Shown here: piece after piece, positions 12,101-25,197 of the stretch | How positions within the stretch are numbered: the first letter of the stretch is position 1 | Layout of the letters: every line of letters starts with the position of its first letter | Assembly: GCA_012295275.1 (NCBI GenBank) | Contig: CM022668.1 | Span: forward strand, 8,618,001-8,682,000 | From: Chrysomallon squamiferum | Lineage: Eukaryota; Animalia; Mollusca | Length of the DNA: 64,000 bases | Reading direction: 5' to 3' | The notes under the pieces: generated by a model | What the model was told of the DNA's origin: nothing | The model's input: only the letters and a program-made list of their open reading frames with translations | Database searches by the model: none | Translations under genes and position numbers: made by a program

Positions 12101-14350
12101 TATGGTTTTGGAGGAGCACCAGACGACAAAGAAACATATCAAGATTCGGTCGGATATAGAGCCCAGACAGGTTACCAAAGGACTAGAGATGATGAAGGAA
12201 CACCAGTCAAAAGGACTAAATCAGGTGAAGGAATACTAGGTTTTAGAGCTGGAGATAAAGGAATATCAGATGGTAGGCCTGGTGCAGCTGGTAGTGTAGG
12301 AAAAAAAGGAGTACCTGGGAAAGTGGTTGGAGATAAAGAAGGGTTTGAATTGATATTAGTATCCAGGGTTGAAGATGAAGGAGTGCCAGGAGAAAGGACT
12401 GGGGATGAAGGAATATCATATGGTAGAGTTGGAGAGGAAAGAATATCAGGTGGTAGAGATGGTGGTGAAGGAAGACCTGGCGGCAGGGTTGGAGATAAAG
12501 AATTATCAGATGGTAGAGCTGGGTTTGAATTAATATTAGTTTCTAGGGTTGGAGATGAGGGAATGCCTTGTGGCAGAGCTGGAGATGAAGGAATACCGGG
12601 TGTTACAGCTCGAGATGAAGGAATACCGAGTGGTAGAGCTGGAGATGAAGGAATACCTTATGGTAGAGCTGGAGATGAAGGAATACCGGGTCATAGAGCT
12701 GGAGATGAAAAAATACCTTATGGTAGAGCTGGAGATGAAGGAATACCTTATGGTAGAGCTGGAGATGAAGGAATACCCGGTCATAGAGCTGGAGATGAAG
12801 GAATACCTTATGGTAGAGCTGGAGATGAAGGAATACCTTATGGTAGAGCTGGAGATGAAGGAATACCGGGTCATAGAGCTGGAGATGAAGGAATACCTTA
12901 TGGTAGAGCTGGAGATGAAGGTATACCTTATGGTAGAGCTGGAGATGAAGGAATACCGGGTCATAGAGCTGGAGATGAAGGAATACCGGATCATAGAGCT
13001 GGAGATGAAGGAATGCCTTGTGGTAGAGCTGGAGATGAGGGAATACCGAGTGGTAGAGCTGGACATGAAGGAATGCCATATGATATAGTTGGAGATGATA
13101 GAATACGAGGTAGCAGATCTGTAGATGAAGGAATGCCATATGGTATGGTTGGAGATGAAGGAATACCAAATGGTAGAATTCGAGATGAAGGAATGCAGCA
13201 TGGTGACTCTGGAGATAAAGGAGTAGATGAGAGTGGTGGATTTCAGTTAGTATTTATCTCTAGGGCAAAATATGAAGGAATGTCAGACAGTAGGGGTCGA
13301 GATGAAGGAATAGGAGGTGGGAGGGCTGCTGGAGATAAAGGAATACCCGGTGATAGGATTGGAGATGAAGGGATACCATATGGAACTACTGGAATGGAAC
13401 GTGGAACATATGGGAGGGTTATAGATCAAGAAGACATTGAATATGGTAGGACTGGAGATGAAAGAATACCATACAGTAATGTTGGAGATAAAGGAATAAT
13501 TTATGGTAGAGCTGGAGATAAAGGAATACCTCATGGTAGAGCTGAAGGAATACCTGTTGGTAGAGCTGGAGATAAAGGAATACTTGATGATAGAGCTGGA
13601 GATAAAGGAATACTGTATCATAGAACACGAGATAAAGGAATACCTTGTGGTATGACAGATGATGAAGGAATACCATATGGCATGATTGGAGATGAAGGAA
13701 GACCACCATATCATAGGGCTGTAGATGAAGGAATACCTTATGGTAGAGCTGGAGATAGAAGAATACCATGTGGTAGGAATTATGATGAAGGAATACCTTA
13801 TGTTAGATCTGGTGATAAAGGAATACCATATGGTAGGACTGATGATGAAGGAATACCGTATGGTAGGATTAGAGGTGAAGGAATACATTATGCTAGAGCT
13901 GGAGAAAAAGTTGTACCACCATATGGTATGACTCAAGATGAAGGAATACCTTATGGCAGAACTGGGGATAAAGGAACACTGTATGGTAAGAATGGTGATG
14001 AAAGAATACATTACAGCAGGAGTTATGATGAAGGAAAACCATATGATCTTGATGGTGATGATATTCATGGATATATCTGTCAATATCAACCATCTGTGTT
14101 TCAGGCACAATCTTGTAGAGACTGGAGTAAGTGTTTCATCTGCCAGTCAGTTAAACTGGATGACCTATGCTGCCCTAACAGTTATGATTACAACAAATTA
14201 GCTGCTGATGTCATTGCCTGCTTCATGAATGATATTCCTAATGTGAGTGTGCGTCATGTAGAAGCTACACTTCGGGAAAACAAAGCGAGGTATCACAAAA
14301 GTTGCCTATATCAAGACAAACAACATACCGATCCTTGTATTGATTTATAA
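6176..14350 (+). CDS. Giant (~2,724 aa) single-exon low-complexity repeat protein, Ser/Gly/Tyr/Arg/Glu-rich, with C-terminal Cys/His module; function unknown
   Basis: ORFs 6176-7936 and 8024-14350 are in the same frame. They are split only by a +1 and a -1 indel in poly-A runs of a 132-bp repeat (~7900 and ~8018). A compensating pair also occurs at ~7490-7505. Purine-rich coding-like composition, repeat units in multiples of 3, good start context (acaacaATG), AATAAA shortly after the stop. No signal peptide. Confidence 0.85.
7090..8150 (+). repeat. Coding tandem repeat, 132 bp (44 aa) x ~8
   Basis: Near-identical units encoding KKIVKKITEIDEGSSYSEPGSYYGSQYSEESSKSDKGQQKQVAS; more diverged copies lie upstream (6270-7090). 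Confidence 0.9.
12540..14045 (+). repeat. Coding tandem repeat, 30 bp (GRAGDEGIPY-type decapeptide)
   Basis: Unit tggtagagctggagatgaaggaatacctta, homogeneous at 12630-13060 and diverged on both sides. Confidence 0.9.
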
Positions 14351-14869
14351 TACTGTTAAATGTATACAATAAATAATAATAAAGATTTTAGTAACTGTAA
14401 ACAATAACGAAAATATAATATTTATTCAGTAACTTCAGTGAATAACAGTTATAAATAAATGAAGTTTATTTTATTAATTGTCTAGAACAATAATAAGTAA
14501 ATAATGTTTAATAACTGTAAACAATAATTCTGATCTTTTTGATAAACTTAGTCCAAACTGAGTGGTCATAACGCAGAAACTGACATTTTCACAATATTAT
14601 TCAGCAACACAATAACAATAACAATAATAATAAAGTTTATTTTAGTAAAATTAAAGAACAGTATCTGTTTGAATCTCCTCCATTGGTATGACGTTGATAT
14701 TAAACTTGCTTAGGCTTGCTCAGCTTTCACCAGTGATCAGTCTGGTACTGCAGTACTTGCAGGAATAGTCACCAAAAATAAATATACATACTAAATACAT
14801 ACATACATACATACGTAATTACGTAATACTACATACATACATACATACATACATACATACATACATCAT

Positions 14870-14916
<47 letters not shown>

Positions 14917-16329
14917 TACATACATACATACATACATACATACATACACATACACATACACACAAACACATACATACATACATACATACATATAATAAGT
15001 AGTAATGCTAGCCTTAATAACTATGTGATGAAATTATGGTATAATCTTAGAAGTGTGCTATACATGATTATTTGCAAAAATTTGATGTTTTGATTGACAG
15101 CCAGTAGCTCTAAATGAGTAATTATCAGCTGTTGATGAAACTATCAAATATTGCAAATAACTGCCAAAAGCACCTGAACATTTATAACATAATTAATCTA
15201 TACCAGGCCCTTGTAAAGATTCAGTAAAGACTGTTTAGGTCAGCACTGTTTTAAAAGTAAGAAAAAATTAAATGTTGGCCAATCAGGACTTTATCTTCAT
15301 TGGGAAGAGGGGTTTCAAAATTGTGCATCTGTGAACATTTATTGAACCTGCAGAGGAAAACTTATAGAGGTACAGTAATAAGCAATGTTTACTTTAGTAG
15401 AAAGAATATTTACACTGGAAGAAATAATGTGTATAAGTAAAGTGTAATAATGTTTACTTTGAGAATGAATTATCAGATTGTAAAACAGTGCTTGGCAAAC
15501 TCAGCTTTATCACCCACTGGTGGGTTCTGTGTTTGTTATAAGCAACAAACAAATGTATAAACAGAGGAAGGAAGGAGTTATGTCTCTTATTTCTTCACCT
15601 TCATTCAGAGGTTTAATTAAATTTGTATTTAAATTTTAATCAGTATCATTTATTTTTAACCCATTAATTATAATATTATTGTAGATTTGATGGGTGATTT
15701 TGACTTTCATAGTGTGGGTGAGATAGCAACAAAGGTTGCCCAGCACTGCTGTACAGCAATAGACAATTATTCAATAACTGTGACAAAAGTAACAAAATAT
15801 AAGTGAAGGTTGATAATATTAAATGTTTAGCTTTCTCTCAGACTAATAAAAATACTATTGGGCTAGCATCTAGGTATTTTGGTGGCCAGCATTTTAGTTT
15901 GGTGCATGTACAAGGATCTCAGAAAACTCATTATACCATAGACATCACTGAGCGCTGATGCTGGTTAATGAAGGGGATGGATGACATACTTTTCTAACTT
16001 TGTCTGTGGTGTATAATGAAAATAATTAGTTATGACTGTGTAAGAGTATATATATAATTATAATAAATAATGTTTTCTTTAGTATTAGTGAGAAAAGGAG
16101 GTTACTTAATTAATGTTAATTAATGAAAAATTAATGCTTACAGCCAAGAATAATAAATAACATTTGTTTTAGATAATGTTTAGTTTAGCAACTGTAAATA
16201 ATAATAATATCAAGATATAACATTTTCTTTATAAGAATAATAATTAATAAAAAACAAAAAATTGAAAGTGTTTTCTTTTCTAAAATAATGCAAACAATAA
16301 GAACAAATATTGATTTACAGTAATAAATA

Positions 16330-17200
16330 TAAATATCAATAATAATAATAAGAAGAAATAATGTTTACTTTAGTAACTAAATAATATTAGAATGAAATAA
16401 TGTTTAATAATGGAGAAATATAATAAGGAATTCTTTAGTAACTATAAAGAATTATAATAAAAAATATAAACTTCAATGACTCTAAGGATTTATAACAAGA
16501 AATAACATTTATTTCACTACCTGTCAAGGTTTATAATAAGAAATACTGTTTACTGAAATGTAAAATTTATAATAATATTTATTTTACTGACTGAAAACAT
16601 CAGAATCAGAAAATATGCTTCAGTAACTGTAAAGAACTATAACAAGAAATAATGTTTGCTTTACTGACTGAAAACATTACAATAAATAATATTTATATTA
16701 TTGACTGAACATATTAGGATAGCAATTAATGCTTACCATTATAAGAAATAATGCCTACTGCCTGTAAAGAATTATGATAAAAATAATATTTACTGACTAT
16801 CAAGAATTATAATAATAATGTTAACTTTAGTAGAGAACTAAAATAAGAAATCATTATTACACACTATAAAGAATTATAATAAGAAATATGTTTACTGACT
16901 TTAAGTAATATTAATATGAAATAATGTTTATCTTATTAACTGTAAAAATTATAGTAAGAAATAATGTTTACTTTACAGACTGTAAAGAGTTATAATATGA
17001 AATAATGGTTACTTTATTTACTGTAAATAATTAAAATAAGAAATTATAATTTACCTTAGATACAGTATAGAATTATAACAAGAAACAACGTTTACTGAAT
17101 GTAACAAATTATAATTAACTTTTTTTTTCATAACTGCAAATAATTATAAGAAATAGTTTTTACTTTAGTGACTGTAATAAGTTATAATATTTAATTAAAA
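16330..17200. repeat. Old degenerate AT-rich minisatellite (~35-40 bp)
   Basis: Recurrent aagaaataatgtttact..actgtaaagaattataat units; related units at 14370-14660. Confidence 0.6.
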
Positions 17201-18138
17201 GCAAGAAATAATAAATATTCAGTTTAATAAAAACAAATAATAATAATAATAATACATGTTTATGTTAACTATAGCATAGCACAGTGTAAAATAATGTTTA
17301 GTTTGATGATTGTTCAGAAGAATGTTGTCTAGTGTTTACTGAGGGAAGAATATGAAATAAAGTTTATGTTAAATAATAATTAGAACATTTTGTTTACTGT
17401 ACAGAAGAAAATTATAATTAATTTTTTAATCTCAGAAAGTAAAAGAATGTCTTGAAATTTTGCAAAATTATTTGTGTTAGCAAAGGTCTATTAAATATGA
17501 ATGTGCATTTCTTCTTTTGTCTTGATTAATAAATTGTTCTTGGTACTTCCTAATAAGAATAGCAACCACAACAACCACAACAAAAACAACAATACCAAGA
17601 AGAACAAGAAAGGAGTGTTTACTTCAGTAAAAGAAGAGAGAGAAAAAATAAAAATAATAATCATAATAATAATAATAAAATTCGTTTCATTAATGTGAAA
17701 GGCAATGCTCACAATAAGATTTTTTTTCTTCTGACATAACTACAGAATTATAATAAGAATATTTAGATTGGTAAAAAGAAGACTGATAATAAGTAATTCC
17801 AATGAATTTAATGAAACTCAAAACGGAGAATGAGGAGAATGATTTTGATCTGAGTTTAGAAACTGATGAAAAATAATGAAAAATAATCTTTGCCTTTGTG
17901 TCTGTAAAGAAGAAGAATAAATAGAAACAGTATTTAACTGTCAACAATAATTTAAATAGTTAAGCTGAAAGTTAGAATGAAGAGAAGAGAAATGCCAACA
18001 AATAAATAAATAATGAAATAAAGAAAGAAATAAAGAAAAACAAAAACAAAAGATATTCAGTTTTTTTAATTATAATTTTATTTTAGATGTTTTAGATATC
18101 ACAATGTCATCTTTAAATTTTGATGTTTGCCAACTAGA

Positions 18139-18823
18139 TTACAATGGAACTGAACAAAAAATAGAAATAAAAATAATAAATTATTAACAATAACAACAAC
18201 AATAAATTGGAAGTAATAAAGTCACATAAATTATAAATGTCAGAGTATATAGATGGAAGAGACAGAGAGGCATCAGATATACAGATAGGCAAGAAAGACA
18301 AAGAATTAGATGAGTGCATGGATAGACAGATAGAAACAAAAAAATAGATGACATAGAGAAATTAATAGGCAGACAGACAGGAAGACAGATAATTAGATCA
18401 AATAAATGAAATACTTGTATAAAAAAATGTTTACTGGGAAAATATAATTTGAATACCTAATGGCCATTTATGTATGAAAGTAAATGTACCTTCTGTTTAT
18501 AAACAAGTTCATTTGTTTAAATATGTGATTAATACCGGTACACTGATAATTTATCTAACTTACGTATGCAGCATGGTTTGCCATTATGGCATGAATATTC
18601 ATTAGTTGTATTACCACCGAGTAATTCACACTCAGATAGGGTGTACCTGCATCTCAGTGCCTTTGGATTATTTTGACAACCTGAAACATATACATTAACT
18701 AGTTGCATAAAATGAAATGAAAACACACAAAAAACTAAATTTTTTTTAAAAATTATCAATAATAAAAGAGTAATGATGATGATGATATGATGATAATAAT
18801 AATAAATAAATAAATAAATAAAT

Positions 18824-18888
<65 letters not shown>

Positions 18889-19349
18889 GAGAGAGAGAAA
18901 CAAAGAAATGAATACATAATTATATAAGCCCAGAACTGTTTAATAAAGACTAGCATATTTTACTGAATTTTAGATCCACAAAATTAACAAGTGATGAAGA
19001 AGCATTTGAAAAGGAGATAAACACTACCTTTTATCAGTTATTGTTGTTGTTATTATTATTATTGCATCTGTTGTTACTGTTGATGTTACTGTATACTATT
19101 GTTATTGTTAATGTTATTTTATTGTTGCTGCTTAGATTGATTCTTACGATTGAATCCATCATCTGAAGGTAAAAAAAAGAGGAAGAAATTAAATGTTAAT
19201 AATCAACATGTTAGGATGAACTGTTACTACTTTTGCTACTACTACTACTACTACTATTATTACAGCTGCTGCAGTCCTTCTAGCATCACTACTAGTACTA
19301 CTACTGATAGACACTAGTGCTAATACTACTACAAATATTGCTGCTATTG

Positions 19350-19389
<40 letters not shown>

Positions 19390-19718
19390 AACTACAGCTA
19401 TTATTCCCACTGCTACTACTACTACAATTCCTACTATAACTAGTAATATTAACAATATAACACCTACTACTACAACTCATATCAGTGATACTAAGGAAAC
19501 TGCTACTGTTTCTGGTTCAGTAACCTTTTGTTTATTTATTTATTGACTAATATCCAATTGTAACAAGAAAACACAAAAAGAATTAAAGGAGTAGAACATG
19601 TAAAGGATTTACTTAAATAGCCGTATCCTCTCTGTTGTCTTTCAACTGGTGAAGGACTGACATCTGCTGATTCCAGGCATAATACTAGAATAATGGTGAT
19701 TATTGTAGAAAGCTTCAT
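18139..19718 (-). CDS. P2: secreted six-Cys defensin-like prepropeptide (82 aa)
   Basis: Exons 19718-19613 (MKLSTIITIILVLCLESADVSPSPVERQQRGYGYL), 19162-19148 (15 nt, NDGFN), 18680-18564 (117 nt, RCQNNPKALRCRYTLSECELLGGNTTNEYSCHNGKPCCI) and 18149-18139 (LPL*). All introns GT-AG, phase 1; total 249 nt. RQQR furin-type site; AATAAA at 18082-18077. Confidence 0.85.
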
Positions 19719-19774
19719 ATTGCTTTCAGGAAACTGTTGAAATATTTACTGAGGCTTGAGGCAACTGAGCAGGG

Positions 19775-19805
19775 TTTTATAGCAGTATGGGAGAGAATGC
19801 CACGT
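19775..19805 (-). promoter_or_regulatory. TATA box plus ACGTGGCA element of P2
   Basis: CTATAAAA (19782-19775) and TGCCACGT (19798-19805), the latter 80 nt upstream of the ATG. Confidence 0.65.
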
Positions 19806-21132
19806 ACGAGTGACAACAGATAAACACATAAAACCTCAAAAACATTTTAATTAATAATGAATATTCATATTTGGTAATAAAATCTGTTTCTATACACACA
19901 AAAGCCCTAACATATGTTATAAAAACTAAAATAAAAATAAAAATAAGAAAAACAATAACAATAATAATAACAATAATAATAAAAATAAAACAAATGGAGA
20001 AAGCTAGAGGTAGGGAAAAGATTACAGAAGGTTGGAATTTATCAGAATGTTTGCTTTAAGTATTTGCTGTTTGAGAATAAAGATTTAACAACTCTTTTAA
20101 CTAAACTGTTTCAGTATTTATCCCTAATCCTTAAAATTTATAAGAAAGGAAATAAAAATAAAATAAAGAATAATAATAAAAATTTGTAAAAAACAAATTA
20201 TAGAAAAATGAATTTTATGTGTACTGAATATGATACTGTATGGTATTATATGATACTGTATGATACTGAATGATAAGGGTTATTCCACCATTATATTAGT
20301 GATACTGTTAAGAACAAAATCAAAAATGTATATATAAAGTCAAATAAATGTCATATTCATTTTTTTCATTTTTGTATTTTTTTTTTCCCCTTTCTCTCTG
20401 CAATATTTTCCTCATTTTCACGTAACTGTTCTGGAACATATATTCTTCATATATTATTTATTTATTTATCTATACTTTAGTTGGCTATCAGGCATGTTTA
20501 TTTATTTGTTTACATTATGGGGAACATGAATAATTAGTGATAATGTATACATTTTCAGGTGTTGTGTGTAACAAGTCATTGACGGAGGAATTATGTATAT
20601 TTACTAGCTTATTTTATACATGTTCCCTTAAATTATTTAATTTGTTATTTAATCATTTTAACCAAATTCTCACATGGTGTTGATAATATATAATCAATGT
20701 AAATTCTTTGAACTAAATAAAATCTAGGTAATTGTTTTGACAAATGTAAATTACTCTCTATAATAAGGAATAGACAATTGTTTTAACAGTGAATAGATAT
20801 ATATTTTAGGATTATAAATAAACTGAATTTGGAATACAATATTCCTCTATTATTTCACACTAAGATAATTTCTCTGTGACAATAATTAATGAAGGTCAAC
20901 TTATAAAAACTGCTTTCGGAAAGATACGTCTTTACACCAAGCGTTCAAACTGCATCCACCATTGTAACTGTGCAACGTCACTCACCTCTTTCATGTCAGA
21001 AACTGTTAAACATTATCATTCATTTCATTCTGTTGCATAATATTATGCTTGATGCATGTTTCAATAAGAATATTTGTTTTTCATAGATGCAGTTTGAAAA
21101 CAAAAGACCTTAATTAAAATTTAACTTGTTTG

Positions 21133-21181
<49 letters not shown>

Positions 21182-21182
21182 C

Positions 21183-21221
<39 letters not shown>

Positions 21222-21697
21222 TTTTTATTTTATTTTTTTTTTTTTTAAATATTTCTAAACAATTCACTTTTGTGGAAAATGCCAGACACTGTTACTCAGA
21301 TTTGGATCATAACACAAGTTTACAAGTTTACAAGTTTACAAGTTTACCTAACTCACTTTGCTTGTCTTTCCATTGTCAGATGCTTACTAGTAAGAAAAAT
21401 AGAAAACAATATTCTCCTGTACTCCAGATTTTGCTTCTTGACTGTCAAAACAATTACCTACTCTTAACTTAAACATTAAAAATAGTAACTTATATTTATT
21501 GTTATTAAGAAGATTTAATTACATTGATACAATAATCATTCAATTTCTGAGACTATATATAAAATAACTAATTTCAGTATTATATAGATGCATGCATGTA
21601 CTTAATAATTAAATAATTACATCAGTCATTTCTATCTCAGAATGTTTAAATAATTTCAGTTGCATTTTTTTGATTTTCATGCATATCGACACATATC

Positions 21698-21761
<64 letters not shown>

Positions 21762-21920
21762 CAGACAATATACATTTTTATATTTTAAATAACTAACATT
21801 AAGACGTTATCAGACAAGTAAGAAACAAAAAGAAACAAGAGACTTAAAGACAAATTTATTTTTATGGATCACAAAATCTAAGGCAGAAATATTTCTTTTT
21901 CTAATTCATCAGGATTGGTT

Positions 21921-22224
21921 CTAAACTGAAATGAAATGAAATAAATAAATAAAATAAAATAAAATAAAATAAAATAAAAAATGCTTATGTATCAATGTTA
22001 ACAATAGAATGAAATTAAGAAAAAAGTACAAAGCTGCAAAAATAATAAAGTACTACAAGTAGATGTAGTTGTAGTTGTATATGTAGCAGCAGTAGAAGTA
22101 GTAGTAATAACTGTAATAATAATAACAGCATCAAATTACCAACAACAACAATAATTATAGCAATTACAGTAACAGTAATAATTACAACGATGATGATGAT
22201 GATGAAGATAATAATAATAATAAC

Positions 22225-22272
<48 letters not shown>

Positions 22273-22633
22273 GACTCACTCGAGTAAAGCTGGAATAGCA
22301 AAGTGGCTTAAGAAAGAAAATAAAAAATCGTTTCTTTACGTTTATGACACGATAGTACGATTATCTACCTTTACAGCAGACTTTTCCGTGGGCGCAAGCG
22401 CAGTCATCAATTGGGGTTCCACCAAGTGTTTCACATTCACTGATTGTGTATTTGCAATATGTGTAAATTGTGCTTTTATAGTGGCCTGAAAATAATTGTT
22501 TATGTATTTATATCTTTTTTTTTTAATATATAAATCTGACAGTGCGTACAGAACTCCATTCTTTGGTAAGGAGAGGGTGAAACAATAGGATAAAGAAACA
22601 CGTGACGACAACAAACGAATAAAATATTCTGTG

Positions 22634-22724
<91 letters not shown>

Positions 22725-23578
22725 AAATAAATACTAACTTATATTTCAAGATATTTCAATTAGTTTTGCTATTATTGATGTATTTAGTTGAAAAACATAC
22801 GTGGTCTTCCGTTAATTGAAAGGAATAAGAATATTAAAAAAATAGATTATAAATTTAAAGCAGTAAATTGTATTACTATATCAACAGCATGTATTATCTT
22901 TTACATGTATTATCTTTTCTTTAAAAGGAAGAACAATAAAGAAAAAAATTATCAGTAGATTTCTAATGTACCGATATTACTACTACTAGTAGTACTTCTA
23001 CCACTATTGCTAACTACAACAAAAGCTACTACTAATATTACTTCTACAACTTCAGCTGCTATTACTACTCTTACTATTTATTATAAGTTCTTCAGCTACT
23101 ACTATCATTGCTTCAAATATCACGTTTACCAGAATCACTGAAACAAGCACGTGTGCAGGTGCTACAATAATTATTTGTCGTCCTATTTTGCTAATTGTAA
23201 ATTGAAAAAGAAACAGATACCTATATTGAGAAAAAAGAAAAAAAAAAAGACTTACTTAAACACTGTATTGTCAGTCTGTCTTACCCGATATCTGTCTTAC
23301 CCGTTGTCTGTCTTACCCGATATCTGTCTTACCCGTTGTCTGTCTTACCCGTTGTCTGTCTTACCCGATGTCTGTCTTACCCGTTGTCTGTCTTACCCGT
23401 TGTCTGTCTTACCCGATATCTGTCTTACCCGTTGTCTGTCTTACCCGTTGTCTGTCTTACCCGATATCTGTCTTCGCCCAGTCTCCCGCTCTGCCCTGTC
23501 ATCGCTCGGCAAAGGGACGGCATATGCTCCAACCACACATACGACAACGGCAACGGCAATCACGACAGATCGTTTCAT
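21921..23578 (-). CDS. P3: secreted six-Cys peptide with a relocated cysteine (79 aa)
   Basis: Exons 23578-23461 (MKRSVVIAVAVVVCVVGAYAVPLPSDDRAERETGRRQIS), 22485-22369 (117 nt, GHYKSTIYTYCKYTISECETLGGTPIDDCACAHGKVCCK) and 21925-21921 (V*). Phase-1 GT-AG introns; AATAAA at 21860-21855. If the last donor is unused, the peptide ends KGR* at 22361. Confidence 0.8.
23275..23473. repeat. 16-bp minisatellite containing the P3 exon-1 splice donor
   Basis: About 12 units of ttacccg(ata/ttg)tctgtc; each reads GG|GTAAGA on the minus strand. Confidence 0.9.
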
Positions 23579-23657
23579 ATTGCTTCTTCAGATACTTAGT
23601 TTTGCCGAAATATTGTAACGTAATCAAGCTTCGTTTTTACAGGAATAAAAATGAGTA

Positions 23658-23665
23658 TGCCACGT
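23658..23665 (-). promoter_or_regulatory. ACGTGGCA element of P3
   Basis: TGCCACGT 80 nt upstream of the ATG at 23578. Confidence 0.6.
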
Positions 23666-23757
23666 TTGCACTGAAAATCATAACAGCTTGATGAATATGC
23701 ATAACGTAATAAAATACAGTTTCTATATAGTTACAACTGATACAGAAAATATTAAAG

Positions 23758-23792
<35 letters not shown>

Positions 23793-23903
23793 AGATAGAG
23801 AAAGAAAGAGAGAGAGAGAGAAAAACAATTAGCAAATAAACAAACCAACAAACAAAATAATAAACAGATAAATAAAACAACAAATAAACAAACAAACAAA
23901 AAA

Positions 23904-23934
<31 letters not shown>

Positions 23935-24239
23935 AAGTTAGTAAGCAACTAAATGAAAAACGAATACACAAACAAAGAGCATAGGGGATGGCTACGCGAT
24001 TTTGACTGTTCGCAGGAAACAGCTGTTGCTCATATTTCTTGTATTTCTTTCACCACGGTTCACCACGGAGAACGTTGCATATTTCACCTAATAAATAAAT
24101 AGCAGTTTTGAACATTTTAAATTTTATTCTTTCTTTATTTACTTCTTCTGCTTCTGCTTCATTTTCTTTCTTCTTCTTCTTATTATAACTGTATATTTGA
24201 TTGGCTTTTTATTATATTTCATTCGAAATATATTTTTAA

Positions 24240-24283
24240 ATACATTTTATAATCCAAAAGTATAATAAATAAATTATTAATTA

Positions 24284-24317
<34 letters not shown>

Positions 24318-24378
24318 TGTTAAACGCGCTTAGATAATTAATAATTTAGTTATTATACTTTTGGATTATAAAATGTAT
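24240..24378. repeat. Inverted repeat, 47-bp arms around a (TG)n spacer
   Basis: 24240-24286 is the reverse complement of 24332-24378 with one mismatch. Confidence 0.85.
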
Positions 24379-24402
24379 ATAAACACACACATACACGTAT
24401 AT

Positions 24403-24436
<34 letters not shown>

Positions 24437-24554
24437 GATCAGTATTCGCGTCAGATATAGAAAGTGACAGTGCGTGTACATTAAAATCTGTCACACTTTT
24501 CAGTACGCAGGTAATTATGCATGTCATCTCTATTACTTAACTGCAAGAAAAATA

Positions 24555-24636
<82 letters not shown>

Positions 24637-24955
24637 TGTGTGTGTTTGTGGTGTGTGTGTGTGTGTAGGTGTGTTAAGACACATATATGATGATATTTTC
24701 TGATGATATTTTCTACCTCTGTTTACACTGATGAGAAAGACAGATATAAACTTAGTTAACTTATTATTAAAATGGATTTTGCGTTTTTTCTGATGTATAT
24801 GGCTATGCATGCTATTTCGTATTTCATTGTGTATTGTGATCCGAATCCATTATATACTAATATCATTTCGACAACTACTACGTCCACAAATACTACTACT
24901 ACTGTTACTAGTACTACAATTGCTATTACTATACTAAAATTACAACTACTATTAC

Positions 24956-25153
24956 TATATTAAAATTACTTTACGAGTTAATAATTTTAACCTGTCAAAA
25001 TGAATTTTAAAAACAAAATAATATATAAAATTAATTAACAGTAATGACAAGTTTGGTGTTCCATGTGACCCTACTCAAGATGGGTTTACAGCGATTCCAA
25101 TAATTAGATCTAGGACGTTTATGTTCCGCATATCAGAATTGTTCTCATATTTG

Positions 25154-25195
<42 letters not shown>
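24956..25195 (+). repeat. Dispersed ~200-bp repeat ending in (CT)n, copy 1
   Basis: Nearly identical to 48041-48240 (…gacaagtttggtgttccatgtgaccctactcaagatggg…ttctcatatt). Confidence 0.85.

Positions 25196-25197
<2 letters not shown>

Noticed and set aside
6900-14201. Antisense and alternative-frame ORFs overlapping the giant gene
   Set aside because: Shadows of in-frame tandem repeats, with no independent coding signal.
15680-15960. Short complex-looking open frames downstream of the giant gene
   Set aside because: About 40 codons or fewer, no recognisable family and no consistent splice structure.
22361-22369. C-terminal amidation signals (KGR* in P3, WGK* in P1)
   Set aside because: Both coincide with the conserved donor position ending the 117-nt exon, and matching terminal exons exist downstream. 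They would apply only if the intron is retained.
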